Shown here: positions 63,219 to 64,000 of the stretch, one piece after another | Layout of the letters: each line of letters begins with the position of its first letter | How positions within the stretch are numbered: position 1 is the stretch's first letter | Source: Balanoglossus misakiensis | Taxonomy: Eukaryota; Animalia; Hemichordata | Direction: 5' to 3' | NCBI GenBank assembly: GCA_040954595.2 | Contig: CM082595.2 | Coordinates: 2,110,635-2,174,634, forward strand | Length of the DNA: 64,000 nucleotides | Notes under the pieces: generated by a model | What the model saw: the letters and a program-made list of their open reading frames with translations, nothing else | Told to the model about the DNA's origin: nothing | The model's database searches: none | Program-made: the position numbers and the translations under genes

Positions 63219-63514
63219 TGAATTCACGCGACTGTTGCCATTTTTGCAGAGGGGTGGCAACCATCGATGGTTGGACCGTACCAAAGCCAACAAAGTCACA
63301 ACTTCTGCGAATCCATATCCCTTACCACCCCCACCCCAAGTGAGCAAGTGCATTTGTGGTTAGTGTTGTTTATGTTGTTCAATGCTACTAGGAAGGTAAC
63401 TGTAGTGTAGGTGGTGAACTCCCCGTAAAATATAGAAATGTCCATAGTAGATCATGTGATATATACAGATGTCACGTGGGTTGTTCGTTGCAGACGACAT
63501 TTTGTGACTTCCTG

Positions 63515-63535
63515 TGTAAACATTTGCCTAGCAAC
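63515..63535. promoter_or_regulatory. Adjacent forkhead site (TGTAAACA) and RFX X-box (GTTGCTAGGCAAA)
   Basis: Sequence TGTAAACATTTGCCTAGCAAC about 105 nt upstream of ATG 63640. Confidence 0.5.
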
Positions 63536-63639
63536 AACACGAACGAAAATGCATTTTTTTGGTGCTTTCGTGTACTTTCCATGTAAGTAATCAACAGGCG
63601 TGATTAACAAGGGATATTTCCAATCTGTAAAAGCTAACA

Positions 63640-63896
63640 ATGGCTGCTACGCACGTTTGGCCCAGATGTACGGAAACTCGAGAAAGTGATGGAGCTGAAG
63701 ATCTTCAGAAACTACTTCAGAATTTAGGTAGGTGAAATGAACACAACTTCTGTTCTAAGATAGAATACAAACTTTGGGAAGTAGTTTGTGAAGACAGAAG
63801 TGTGGTTTCAAATAATAAATCTTCTTCATTTCCCCCCAGAATTTGAGAACAAACAACAGCTGATATTAATAGATAAGGAGAACCAGCAAATTGAAG
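63640..63896 (+). CDS. 5' part of an unidentified gene (runs off the window), divergent from GSTK1
   Basis: ATGG start; exons 63640-63727 and 63840-63896 join in frame with good splice sites: MAATHVWPRCTETRESDGAEDLQKLLQNLEFENKQQLILIDKENQQIE (helical/coiled-coil-like). Confidence 0.55.
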
Positions 63897-64000
63897 GTAA
63901 GTAACAAATACCAGTCGAGATTGTGCTCAAAGTCAAAGCCTTAAAATGCTGAATATCTCAAGAAACAATGCATACATTTTTAATGAAGGTACACGAAGAT

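Noticed and set aside
1-64000. CRISPR arrays, tRNA/rRNA, selenocysteine or readthrough recoding, intact transposase or reverse transcriptase; the many short ORFs in the track
   Set aside because: No repeat-spacer pattern or recognisable RNA gene was seen, and no in-frame TGA was needed in the exons I traced. The short ORFs are exon fragments with intron read-through, antisense shadows or noise.

Overview
This is eukaryotic, intron-rich animal DNA, AT-rich with many short GT-AG introns. An invertebrate, possibly a deuterostome, is inferred but cannot be proven from the window. No prokaryotic operons, rRNA, tRNA or CRISPR were found. Gene models were spliced by hand, so internal exon boundaries are approximate. 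Gene order: DIS3L2 (+), CFAP74 (-), two tandem Gfo/Idh/MocA inositol-2-dehydrogenase-like genes (+), SRPRB (-), a signal-peptide-bearing tandem 2OG-Fe(II) oxygenase (-), two tandem p24/TMED6-like genes (+), PLEKHM2/SKIP (+), a RING + multi-TM protein (+), an AGXT with an intronless enzyme ORF (+), two tandem GSTK1 genes (-), and the first two exons of an unidentified gene (+). Most notable: (1) a pseudo-domain + active-domain 2OG oxygenase aimed at the secretory pathway; (2) apparent organelle re-targeting in the AGXT/GSTK1 block (one GSTK1 ends in SKL, the other stops just before it; AGXT has no PTS1 but a candidate leader exon); (3) a duplicated IolG-like pair; (4) a clear U12 intron and a candidate microexon in CFAP74; (5) a TP-repeat low-complexity exon in DIS3L2; (6) a TTAA/piggyBac-like MITE family. 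None is proven novel without database searches.
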